DNA from: Schizochytrium sp. TIO01
Lineage: Eukaryota > Protista > Bigyra: Labyrinthulomycetes
NCBI GenBank assembly: GCA_004764695.1
Contig: SMSO01000033.1
Span: 1,054,001 to 1,118,000 of the forward strand
Direction: 5' to 3'
Length of the DNA stretch: 64,000 bases
Each line of letters starts with the position of its first letter. Position 1 is the stretch's first letter. The notes under the pieces were generated by a model. It did not search any database. It was not told the DNA's origin and was given only the letters and a program-made list of their open reading frames with translations. Of this stretch, positions 14,876-24,298 are shown in pieces. Both the position numbers and the translations under genes were made by a program.

Positions 14876-14890
14876 CTTGGGCCCACACCC
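14876..14890 (-). promoter_or_regulatory. Primer-binding site of the half-tRNA(iMet) type
   Basis: GGGTGTGGGCCCAAG immediately after the 5' LTR. It resembles the copia PBS GGTTATGGGCCCAG, which is complementary to the tRNAiMet anticodon region. Confidence 0.7.
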
Positions 14891-15046
14891 TATTGCAGAG
14901 TAGCTTGTGCTGTGAAGCGTGCAGAGGTAGTCTGACAAGGATTGCAAGCTCAGGAGAAAGAGAATGAGGATGAAATATGAGTTATTGGTGTTTCGGGTCT
15001 GGTTAGGTTAGGTTTGGTTAGGCAGTAGCTGTATATTACTTCAATA
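14891..15046 (-). repeat. 5' LTR (156 bp) with TATTG...CAATA termini
   Basis: Terminal inverted repeat TATTG/CAATA. Both ends match 9766-9908. Directly followed on the minus strand by the PBS-like sequence. Confidence 0.85.
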
Positions 15047-18000
15047 AGGGTTTACACCTCCCTTCTTTAAATTACCATCTATACTCATGCCATTCAATAC
15101 AAGCTATCCTGCAATAATATATGGACACAGAAAACTGATCAAAGTAGAGCTAATGCTTAAGGATCCATTTGAATTTCACTTTCGTGATTGGTATTTCCAA
15201 TGTCGATTGTTTCGCAGATATATCAAAGTTATAATCATTGTAGAAATGTGCTTTCAAGGCTAACAGATTCAAATTTGTCTTTCAGCATTTCTTAAGCTCT
15301 TCTTGAATGCTGAAAGATGAGTATGGTCAGCGAAGGCTAACGATGCAGATGAAGGCAAGGTGCCCGATGAGAACTTTAAAAGGGCTTAAGAAGGCATGAT
15401 GATATACGACTTTAAGGGTTGGAAATCTGCTGTCTTTGGAATTCCAACCCGAGGCAGACTGATTCATGTTGTGCTTATGAGACTAATGTATATTTGATAT
15501 GTGCTTGACTAGAACTCTAGTAATGTGTTCCTGCGATTGGGTATTTCAGCATTGAATTCGACTTTCTATGTCAACCTCTAAGAGTAAAATTTATGAGTCT
15601 CGGTTTATAAAACTATCTAGGAATGACTACTCGCAAGATGGAGAATCTTTGCAGGAACCTTGTCATGATTCTTCTGCTTGCTAGAGCGATATTAGGAAAA
15701 GAACTAGTGATAGTCCGAAATTGTGGAAAGGATAGAAGTGGAAAGCAACAAGGAAATTAATGTAGAGCCTAATAGCTTCGATTGTTATTCTTTGTAGTCT
15801 TTGTGCTAATCTTTTTTTGTTGCTTGTAGAGTCATTGAATCTTCTGACGAACATAATCAACAGGATTGCCGTGATAATTCTCAAGACATGTTTTGGTCTT
15901 ACTGTACATAACTTTATGAATTTGCTTTGTATGTAATTCCTAGTTCCAGTACTGGCCTTAAAATTTGGTGACATGGAAGAACCTGATATCCTCACTTGCT
16001 GTACAACTATTGCATTTTTTTTTGCATTACAGGGTAGCAGCTTGATCTATATGGTTAATTCACAAAAACAGTTTAAGATCAATCACTCGCTCCCACCAAG
16101 CTCAAGTAGCAACAGTCCATGTAAATCGAAAAAAAAAAATCTTCTTTTTCTTCTTCTTGAAGGTCTCAGCAATAGTACAATTTTTCGTGAGTGGTAAGAA
16201 GTTTGAAGGTGAAATAAAAGACTGAATGAAATTCATGACTCTCTCATCGCCACTCCAGTGAATTCTACGCATGTTCTAATGCTTCACTCGAGAACCACCC
16301 AAGTGCAAGGTTTGTCTCTCCTGCCTCGCTCTATTTCTTGTAAAGGGCACACCTTCCGAATCGCCATGCAAGAAATTCATGCCTGTGGTCGGTACTTCTG
16401 TATGTGCAGAGATTGTGCTGTGGTTCCTATCTGTTGATCATCCGGTGTTCAACACATCTGCATCCTGATCACCCTCAGGAAAGTACTAAAGCCTTGACAG
16501 CCAGTCGGCAAAACTAGTTGCATAGTCATACTATGATGGGGTGTAATGAACAAAGAAAGAGATCGTAGGTTTCACTTGCTCTGAGCTCAACTGGAAGTCT
16601 CTTTGAAAAAAAAAGTAGAAACACATATGCCCGCTTGTGATCTCCATTTCACCTTCACACGACAAAATGCACAAATCGATCGATTCTTTGACTCATTTCA
16701 CTGTCCAAATTTCAGCACTAGCCAAAGGAAGTTGTACCAATAAGAAATGAACGAGATGTTAATCTTTGTCTGTAAAGTTAGAATAGAAGTTGACCTGTCG
16801 TTAGTCCGCATGTATTTGAGTTACATCAGCAAGTGTTAATTTCCGTACTTTAAAAGAAACTATAAGCGAGATCATATCATCATTTGCTACGAAGCTTGGC
16901 TCAAATGAATGTCTCTACTACATTCGAAGAATCGAGAAAAATCGCCCAATATGGAGTCCTTTCAAGAAAGCTGTTTCAAGATCTTTGGACCAAAGTTTAC
17001 TATTTGGGATCTGCATGGCTTACTTTGAATAAAATGGAGGCCTCAGAAGTAGTTTCATGGGTAGATGGTATGTATGTTTTCCTTTACCTTTAATCTCGTA
17101 CGAAGCAGTTACGTCAGATTTACGAATTGGTATGGTGATATTAATTTCCACAGTTGAGTACCTTCTACTAGCGCAACAATTGCGACGAAACGACGTAACT
17201 CATGATAAAGAGATGCGTATCGTTTTAACGGAAATGTTTAGGTAGCTCCCCACTTCTCCGAATGCTAGCTGTTAATGAGTATACATTGAATGCGCCCAGA
17301 CATCCAGTGCATGGTTTTGTTGAGCTTGAGCCTCTTGAGCAGAACAATCGTGCCGGAGCTGCATTGCAAGCATGTGCCGAACCGCAGATCAGTAGTCGCG
17401 AATGCGCCCTCAAAATAAATAAACATAAAATGTTTTTTATTTTGATTTTCAATCATTTTTAGTTAGAAAACGTCGCAAAGTATATCGTAACCCTCGCAGA
17501 GGCTTTACTGTTCAGGCTCGTTTGTTTATAAAAGCAGAAGCCAGTAAGTGGGTAAGTAAGTAAGTAGGCACCTCAAGCACCAATTCCCAATTTCCTTCTT
17601 CTCTTCAAGAGTCAGGCACCTACTTCCTGCTACATCATAGAGCCGTCAATGCGTACACGTGTAACTGCTCGTACCATCATCACCATCACCGTCGGTGCAG
17701 AAAAGCGCTCACCCTCTCTCCTCTCTCTTTTTTGCTTCGCAAGCTTCTTGAAACTTAGCTGTTGTCGTCCTGCGCTCCGCTCCAATGCACTGCCCTGCAC
17801 TGCACTGCGTGCGTGCAATTGCAATTGCAATTGCATGACGACTCATGTCCATCCCGACTGCCAGCCTTCGTTCGCATTTCTCGCTGCTTTCGCTCCTCCC
17901 GTCGAGTTCGGAGGCCCCTGCGCTCCAAGAGCACCAACAACGCGAGAGAACCTTGGAATGCGCCGCCCCTTCGAGTTCCCTCGTTGCTGTGTTTTCGTTG

Positions 18001-18392
18001 CCTCCTTTGTTTGCGCCATCTTCGTTCGAGTGTTCCTTTCGTTGTTTTCCTCGTCGTGTTTCACACCGCGGGTCTTTCACTCATTTACTTATCTATCGTG
18101 ACCCCGCCAGAGCTTTGGCTTGGGCGGCACTGTCCTTGCGATAGAGGCAGGGCCCAGAGGCGGTCGTCGCTCCCGTCGAGCTTTGACGCCAGGGCCCAGG
18201 GCTCAGCTGCCCTGGTGGCACCATTTATTCCGGACGCCTTCTTGAACTCCTACAAACGAATATCCGCACGCTCGCCAACCCATCCATCGACCAAGATTGC
18301 TCCTTCCCGCCGTGTTTCGACCTCTTGGCTGCTGCTGCTGCTGCTGCTGACTCTTCTTCTTCGACTTCGCTGCCCAAACTTCAAGCAGGTGA

Positions 18393-18498
18393 CTTGAACT
18401 TGAGCTTGAACTTGAACTTGAACTTGAGCTTGAACTTGAACTCGATCTCGAACTCGAACTCGAACTCGAACTCGAACTCAAACTTAAAGTCGAACTCG
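18393..18498. repeat. Hexamer array (TTGAAC)n > (TCGAAC)n
   Basis: Directly visible; source of the poly-Ser/NL ORFs. Confidence 0.9.
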
Positions 18499-18994
18499 GA
18501 CCAAACCAAAGCACAGAATTTGCGGATGAAAGACAGAACAATGAAAGAACGAATGAAAGAATGAAAGAGTGAAAGAGTGAAAGAATGAAAGAAAGAAAGA
18601 GAGAAAGAAAGAAAAGCTAACTGCCATGGTCAGCAGCGACTACAGCCCCTCCGCCGGTCTGAAATCTGCTCTTTTAACCTTCGAGGTCCCTTAAACTTGG
18701 CAGTTTCTCCCTTCCACTGTGTACCTCACTACCTACCCAATTAGTTCTCCATTGGGTATGCACGCCTACTCAGCTGTTTATGCCGTGTCTCTGGAGTTCC
18801 ATCATTCGTTGCCGCCAAACAAACAAACTCGTGGAGCTCAAGCAAGAAAGAGGCCTGAAGGAGCAGCTCAACTTGGACAAAACCAAGCATCAAGCCAACC
18901 AACCAAGAGTCAATCCAGCAAACGATCAAAGTCGGCGCGAGACGCGATGTCCAAGAACTCACTAAACAGAGCCCTCTCTACACAGTGGATGGGG

Positions 18995-19027
<33 letters not shown>

Positions 19028-21370
19028 GAATGAATGAATGAATGAATGATTAATTAATTAATTAATTGATTAATTAGAGGTGACCTTATACGTTCTATAT
19101 TGCGATCCGCACTTTCTGAAAAGAAAGCAGAAGGAAAACAAACAGTTGGAAAACAGACAAAAGCTCTGACTGACTGACCGACCGATGCTCTTCTCCTTCA
19201 AGCTGGAGAAGGCCCTGTAAAGAGGCAGCGGCAGTGACAACGCAGCGACCAGTCAGAGAGCTCATCCATCAATCCGTAAACCGATGGTGCGTCAAAGGGA
19301 CGAAACGAACGAAGCGGAGCGAAGCGAAACGAAGGGAAAGAAAGTCTTCAGGTGAAGTGAAATAAACCGTTAAGGGGTACTGGCGACACCGGCACATCAT
19401 GCACCCTTCGGGGCTTCTGGGGAGCCCCTTCATCTACTATGATCATAGCAGGCAGGCAGAGGTCACAATTTCCCCGACGTGGATCACCCTACCCCCCAGC
19501 GTGTTTTCCCCCAAGTTGTTGATTAGGCCTGTTGATTAGGCCACTTTGAACTCACGAAGCGGTCCTGTCTTGCTTGGATGAAGAAGACCTCCTCTGCGGG
19601 ACCTTGGAGGGAGTGCGGAGTGCGAGAGTCCACGCTCCGAAGCTGCGAATGTGGCCCTGATAAACGTCCTCAGCGGCTGGCAGCCACCCATCAGGCGGCC
19701 TCCTCGCGGCTCTTGATTGAAGAGGCGCCGCTGTGAGTGGCGGCAGATCTTCCGCCCTCTCGGAATCTTGATTTGGCTTTCTTTCCAAAACAGAAAACGT
19801 TATATGAATAGATAAATAACTAAATAAATTAAAATACAAATTAAAATACAAATTAAAATACAAATTAAAAAACAAATTAAAAAGTAGAAGTAAATGATTA
19901 TAAGTTGGCTTTGGACATGGAAAGGGGAAGAACTAACTGCCTTGAGCCGCGAGGAAACTCGAAAAGAGCACATCGCTGCGCATACAATGCTCTCGCACGC
20001 GTTCCTTTCGATAGAATTTACAGAGATACAAGCTAGCCTGAACTTGGAGCGAAACCAAATAAAACAACAGCGAGAATGAAATAAAATATAATAAAGTTAA
20101 ACAAACAAATTAAAAAGTTCTGTGCAATTTCATAAAACCAAAAACCTGAAACGAGCCGCAAGCGCTGCTCCGGGCTGCAAGCTGTGCAAAGGCCAAAGCA
20201 AACCCGCAACTCTACTCCAGGATGGCCTCGTTCTCCTCTTGCCGCCCTTCCCTCGTGCCTCCCAGGCCTTCCCTACGGATGCCGCGCCCCTCACGCTCCA
20301 GACAAAGCTCCGCAGGGCCTCGCCGGTTTAGATACTCGCATCGTTCCAGGTGTTCCAGTGCCTCAGGGGCATAGAGTTAAGGGTAGTGGGGGCTAGAGGG
20401 TGGAAGATTTCCTTTCGAAACGATCGTAATTCTGATCTTTCTTTCTTTCTTTCTCTCTTTCTTTCTTTATTTCCACTATATGTGGCATAATGTAGGTACA
20501 GGTATAGGTAGGTAGGCACTACTAATAAGTACTACCAGTGAGTTCTTTCTTTCTTTCTTTCTTTCTTTTATCCTCAAAGAAGAAGGGAGACATTGAGACG
20601 ACCAATGCCGCTTCGAGTTGCGTCGCTCGTTCGTGATCGTAAGGAAGCGCGGCGCGGAAGAGCCTACAGCTCCGCAGAGGCTGGAGAGGCGGCCAAGAGG
20701 TCTTCTTGCCGGCGTACTGCGAGGCCACAGCCCGGAAGGAGGGCGAAACGGAGCAAGCGGAAGGACGAGGTCGAGGGTTTTAGAATGCACTTTCGGGAAA
20801 GAGAAAAGATATGCGACCCTGTAAGACTTCGCTAGTGATGCATAGGGTCGACTGGTCTTAAACTCGAATTATGGGAAAGGCCGTCTAGCAGTGCATTAGG
20901 CAGTGCATAGTGAAGATTATAATGTATCATATTTACTAAAACATTTAAAAATATATAAAATGAAATGAAATGTGCTTTAAAATGTGTTTTGTTTGTTAGT
21001 TTGTTTGTTTGTTTATTTTTGAATACTCACTGTAGAAGGCAATAGAGAGGAAGAAAAAGATTTCTTTGTTGATTATGATACTACGTAGTAAATAGAGAAT
21101 CTGAAGGATCAAGGGTTAATAAGAAATCAGGAGAGACTAGAGAGAGAGAAAGCAGAAACGAATTGAGGCTTTGGAGCCTCGCGTAGTCCACTCGCCGCTT
21201 CCCTCGCGCCGACGGTGCGGTCCGCCCCGGTCCACGGGGTATCGGTCTCGTGCGGCCGACCCTCGTGTAACTCCGCCCCGCCGCAAGTTGCTTGGGCCCG
21301 TCCTTGCCTGCGTTAGAACTGATTTCGTAACTCAAGAGATCTATCTACAACTCGTAACACCGCTCTTGCC

Positions 21371-23698
21371 ATGAAGAACTTTGCCATGGCTCGCGCCTAC
21401 GTCCTCGTGGCGCTTGTGGCGCTTCTTTCTACAGGCGTAGAGTCGAGAGCCTGTGTACTCCCCGCTTACGCTGCCGGACCCCCTGGGTCTCCAGCATCTG
21501 CCGAGAAATGCAAAACCTCTGAAGACTGTTGCGGAGATCTACAGTGCAATGAAGACCAGGCGTGCGTCCCCGCGGGTAAGATGAACGCTCGCGAGCAAGC
21601 CTTTGTTGCGCACCTTGTGATCGAAGACTGCGTGAACCATGCGGTTGCCATGTCACTCGATCTTGAGTCCGCTAGCCAGGCCATTGCCAACGCCTCCGCG
21701 CACGTGAAAAATGCCGCTGGAAAGGCAAAGGACTCCATCAACAAAGCTGTCGATGCCGCTTCTGAAAAAGCCAAAGACATTGCGCATAAAATCAAGGACC
21801 AGAAGGACCAGAAGTCTGAACAGCTGAAAGAAAAGTCTCAAGATGCCAAGAACTCTGCACAGCTGAGGACGCAACAAGCTAAAGACGCCGCCAACAAAGC
21901 TGCTGCGGATGCCAAGAATGCCGCCGATCACGCAAAGGAGCGGGCCAGCAAGAGCGTTGAAGAGCTCAACAGAAAGCGCGATGCGGTCATCAACAACGCC
22001 ACTCAGCACTTTGTCAACCTCAAGGCCAAACAATCTAAGGATGCAGCTTCCACAGATGCAACTGGTGCCGGAGCTGGAGGTGCAGGTGGCTACGATAAGT
22101 TCTACAAGGGATACATGGCAGGAGCCGGCGGCTCCCCAGATGGATCTTCGGATAAATCCTCGTCAACTTCTACGTCCTCTTCGTCAGGAAGCGGCGCTGC
22201 TGCATCCGGCGGATCTGGAGGTGCCGGTGCATCCATGGACTGGCAGAAGTTTGTGCCTGGGGGCAAGGATGATAGTGCCTCTAAGAAGAAGAGGAAGCAC
22301 GGCAAGAGTGACGACTCCTCAAGCGCAGGCACTGCTGGAGCCTCTGCTGGAGGCGGTTTTGACTACCAGAAGTTCATGCCAGGAGCTTCATCAAAAACCG
22401 TAAATATGAAGGCAGCTTCAGGACCCTCGGGGTCATCCTATGGTCCTCCCAAGGGAGCCACTAACAGCGGAACTCAAGGAGGTTTTGACTACTCCAAGTT
22501 CACTGGCCAGAAACTCGCTAACATGGCGGCTGCCGGATTCCCTGGCGTCTCTGGAGGGGCATCCCTCAGTGGAGGCGGTAGCGTACCGGGAGCCACTGGG
22601 GGAGGCAGCATTGGTGGCGGAGGCTCCGTTGGAGGCTTTGACTGGTCTAAGTTTGTCCCTCACACACATGCCAATGCCACGCACCACGTGCCTGGCCAGA
22701 CCACCAATGTCTCCGCTCACGGCACAAACATGTCTGTCTATGCGGGCTCTGATGATTCAACAACTTCGCCTTCGTCTTCATCTTCGACAATGCAGAGCAG
22801 CGATGACAACTCTGAAGGTAACTCAACCAAGCCTGGTGCCGAAGGATCCCCGTGCGGAACTACTCCTTACAAGGACTTCGGTGCATGCAACCGAGGCTTA
22901 AAGTGCGAAACCCATCCTCTATTTACCTCATTTGCCCCCGGCAAGTGCGTAAAGAAGCCTGCACGTCGCATGCTTCGTGATGGACCCTCAGTAGATGACA
23001 AAACACCCATGAAGTTTCCCGTCACTACCCCTGGTGGCTTTGGCGGCCCTTGCGGAGTGTGGAAGCTCGGAAACATGGACTTTGGTGGATGCAAGGACGA
23101 TCTTTCCTGTGTTGAGCAAAACCAGATCACCTTCACCTTCTACGATACCACATATGGTCTTCCGAACATTTGCAAGAACAGCAGTGACGCCTCATCCAGT
23201 GACCTCTCCAAGGGCTTTGCAAAGGACTTCACAAAGAGCTTCTCGATGGCAGCTGTAGAGAATGACGTGGATACCGACGATGATGCAGGCCCTGACTACT
23301 TTGATTATGGCGCTGACATGGACATCGACTCGGCCACCAAGGCTGCCCACGATGTGGTTGGTAAGGCTAACGAGGCCTCGCTCAAGGCCGCTGATGAGGC
23401 AGAACTTCTCGCTCACAAGCTTTTGGCCGCTGTTGCCCAAGTACGCGCTGCTGCTGCTGAGCTTGCCAAGGAAGCTGCCAACCCGCACGGCAACGCATCC
23501 GACGGCACCCCCGACTCAACAACCTCTTCTGGCATGATCGATGAGACTGACAAGCCGTCTGGAGTTTCAATGCTTGAAATCCCGTTGGAAGCTGCACGCT
23601 CCAACTTCTTTGCCTTCTCGATTGGTGGTCTTGTCTTTGGTGTCGCGGCCTTGATCTACAAGCAGACTGCGGAGGCGCGTAGCTACCAGCGTATCTAA
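21371..23698 (+). CDS. Uncharacterised type-I membrane/secreted modular protein (775 aa)
   Basis: Long intronless ORF with strong C/T third-position bias. Parts in order: signal peptide (AYVLVALVALLSTGVESRA), 6-Cys module with CC, A/K/D-rich helical region, G/S-rich repeats with FD(Y/W)xKF, two Cys modules, C-terminal TM (FFAFSIGGLVFGVAALIY), YQRI tail. Confidence 0.88.
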   Translation: MKNFAMARAYVLVALVALLSTGVESRACVLPAYAAGPPGSPASAEKCKTSEDCCGDLQCNEDQACVPAGKMNAREQAFVAHLVIEDCVNHAVAMSLDLESASQAIANASAHVKNAAGKAKDSINKAVDAASEKAKDIAHKIKDQKDQKSEQLKEKSQDAKNSAQLRTQQAKDAANKAAADAKNAADHAKERASKSVEELNRKRDAVINNATQHFVNLKAKQSKDAASTDATGAGAGGAGGYDKFYKGYMAGAGGSPDGSSDKSSSTSTSSSSGSGAAASGGSGGAGASMDWQKFVPGGKDDSASKKKRKHGKSDDSSSAGTAGASAGGGFDYQKFMPGASSKTVNMKAASGPSGSSYGPPKGATNSGTQGGFDYSKFTGQKLANMAAAGFPGVSGGASLSGGGSVPGATGGGSIGGGGSVGGFDWSKFVPHTHANATHHVPGQTTNVSAHGTNMSVYAGSDDSTTSPSSSSSTMQSSDDNSEGNSTKPGAEGSPCGTTPYKDFGACNRGLKCETHPLFTSFAPGKCVKKPARRMLRDGPSVDDKTPMKFPVTTPGGFGGPCGVWKLGNMDFGGCKDDLSCVEQNQITFTFYDTTYGLPNICKNSSDASSSDLSKGFAKDFTKSFSMAAVENDVDTDDDAGPDYFDYGADMDIDSATKAAHDVVGKANEASLKAADEAELLAHKLLAAVAQVRAAAAELAKEAANPHGNASDGTPDSTTSSGMIDETDKPSGVSMLEIPLEAARSNFFAFSIGGLVFGVAALIYKQTAEARSYQRI

Positions 23699-24298
23699 AG
23701 ATTTATCTCCGCCAGATAGATCAACCTTTGAAAGGAGGTATTTCCGGTAGGTGAATGGCGAGCGAGCGCGTCCGAGCTGGTTCAGGTAATTTTCACAGGT
23801 TCTCCTTAAATTCTTGCAATCTGCCAAAGAGAATCAGTAGCGCCACCATACATTGAACAGAACAGTATTCAAGCTCCAAATGTGTGGTTCATGCATGAAA
23901 CAAATTTTTCCACGTGTTCCGCTTTTCTGGTTATTTAATGAACACGGAGGGTAGCAATATGACTTTATATAACACCATCACTATCATAGTCGCTTCTTCT
24001 TCTTCTTTCTCTTCAGCTCTTTTCTGAATAGCTCCAGAACTCAATAGGTCAGGCTCATTAGACAATCACAACAGAGAGAAGATACATCTATCCCCAAGCA
24101 GGCAACATTCACATTGTTTCAAAATAACTCACAATAAGAATTTAGACCGTTTTCGATTAACAAGCTACTAAGAATAAGACACCCACATTCGCCAGGACCG
24201 TTCTTGACTTCCCTTGTCTATGTGGACACGTATGCATCACTCCGCATAATTTATGTCAATAAAATTTTAAGGTTGCGGCGTGCAATAATTGCGAAAGT

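Larger units (their letters stand above)
9766..15046 (-). mobile_element. Degenerate Ty1/copia LTR retrotransposon
   Basis: Minus-strand ORF fragments in copia order: gag with two CCHC knuckles (CSRCGLKNHVEENC, CPICKQVGHRPSVC); protease LLIDSG (~13520-13537); integrase HHCC (HLKLGH...CMNC) and core (ADVLG...YRDLYS...GGEF); RT (LRKSLYELRSAPR, INVDDM); RNase H (VYTDASF, RRSVSGY, NVADLLTK). Many stops and frameshifts. Bounded by LTRs, with a PBS and a PPT. Confidence 0.93.

Noticed and set aside
17630-18564. 211-aa and 150-aa GC-rich ORFs
   Set aside because: No recognisable motif, overlapping in all frames, and partly repeat-derived.
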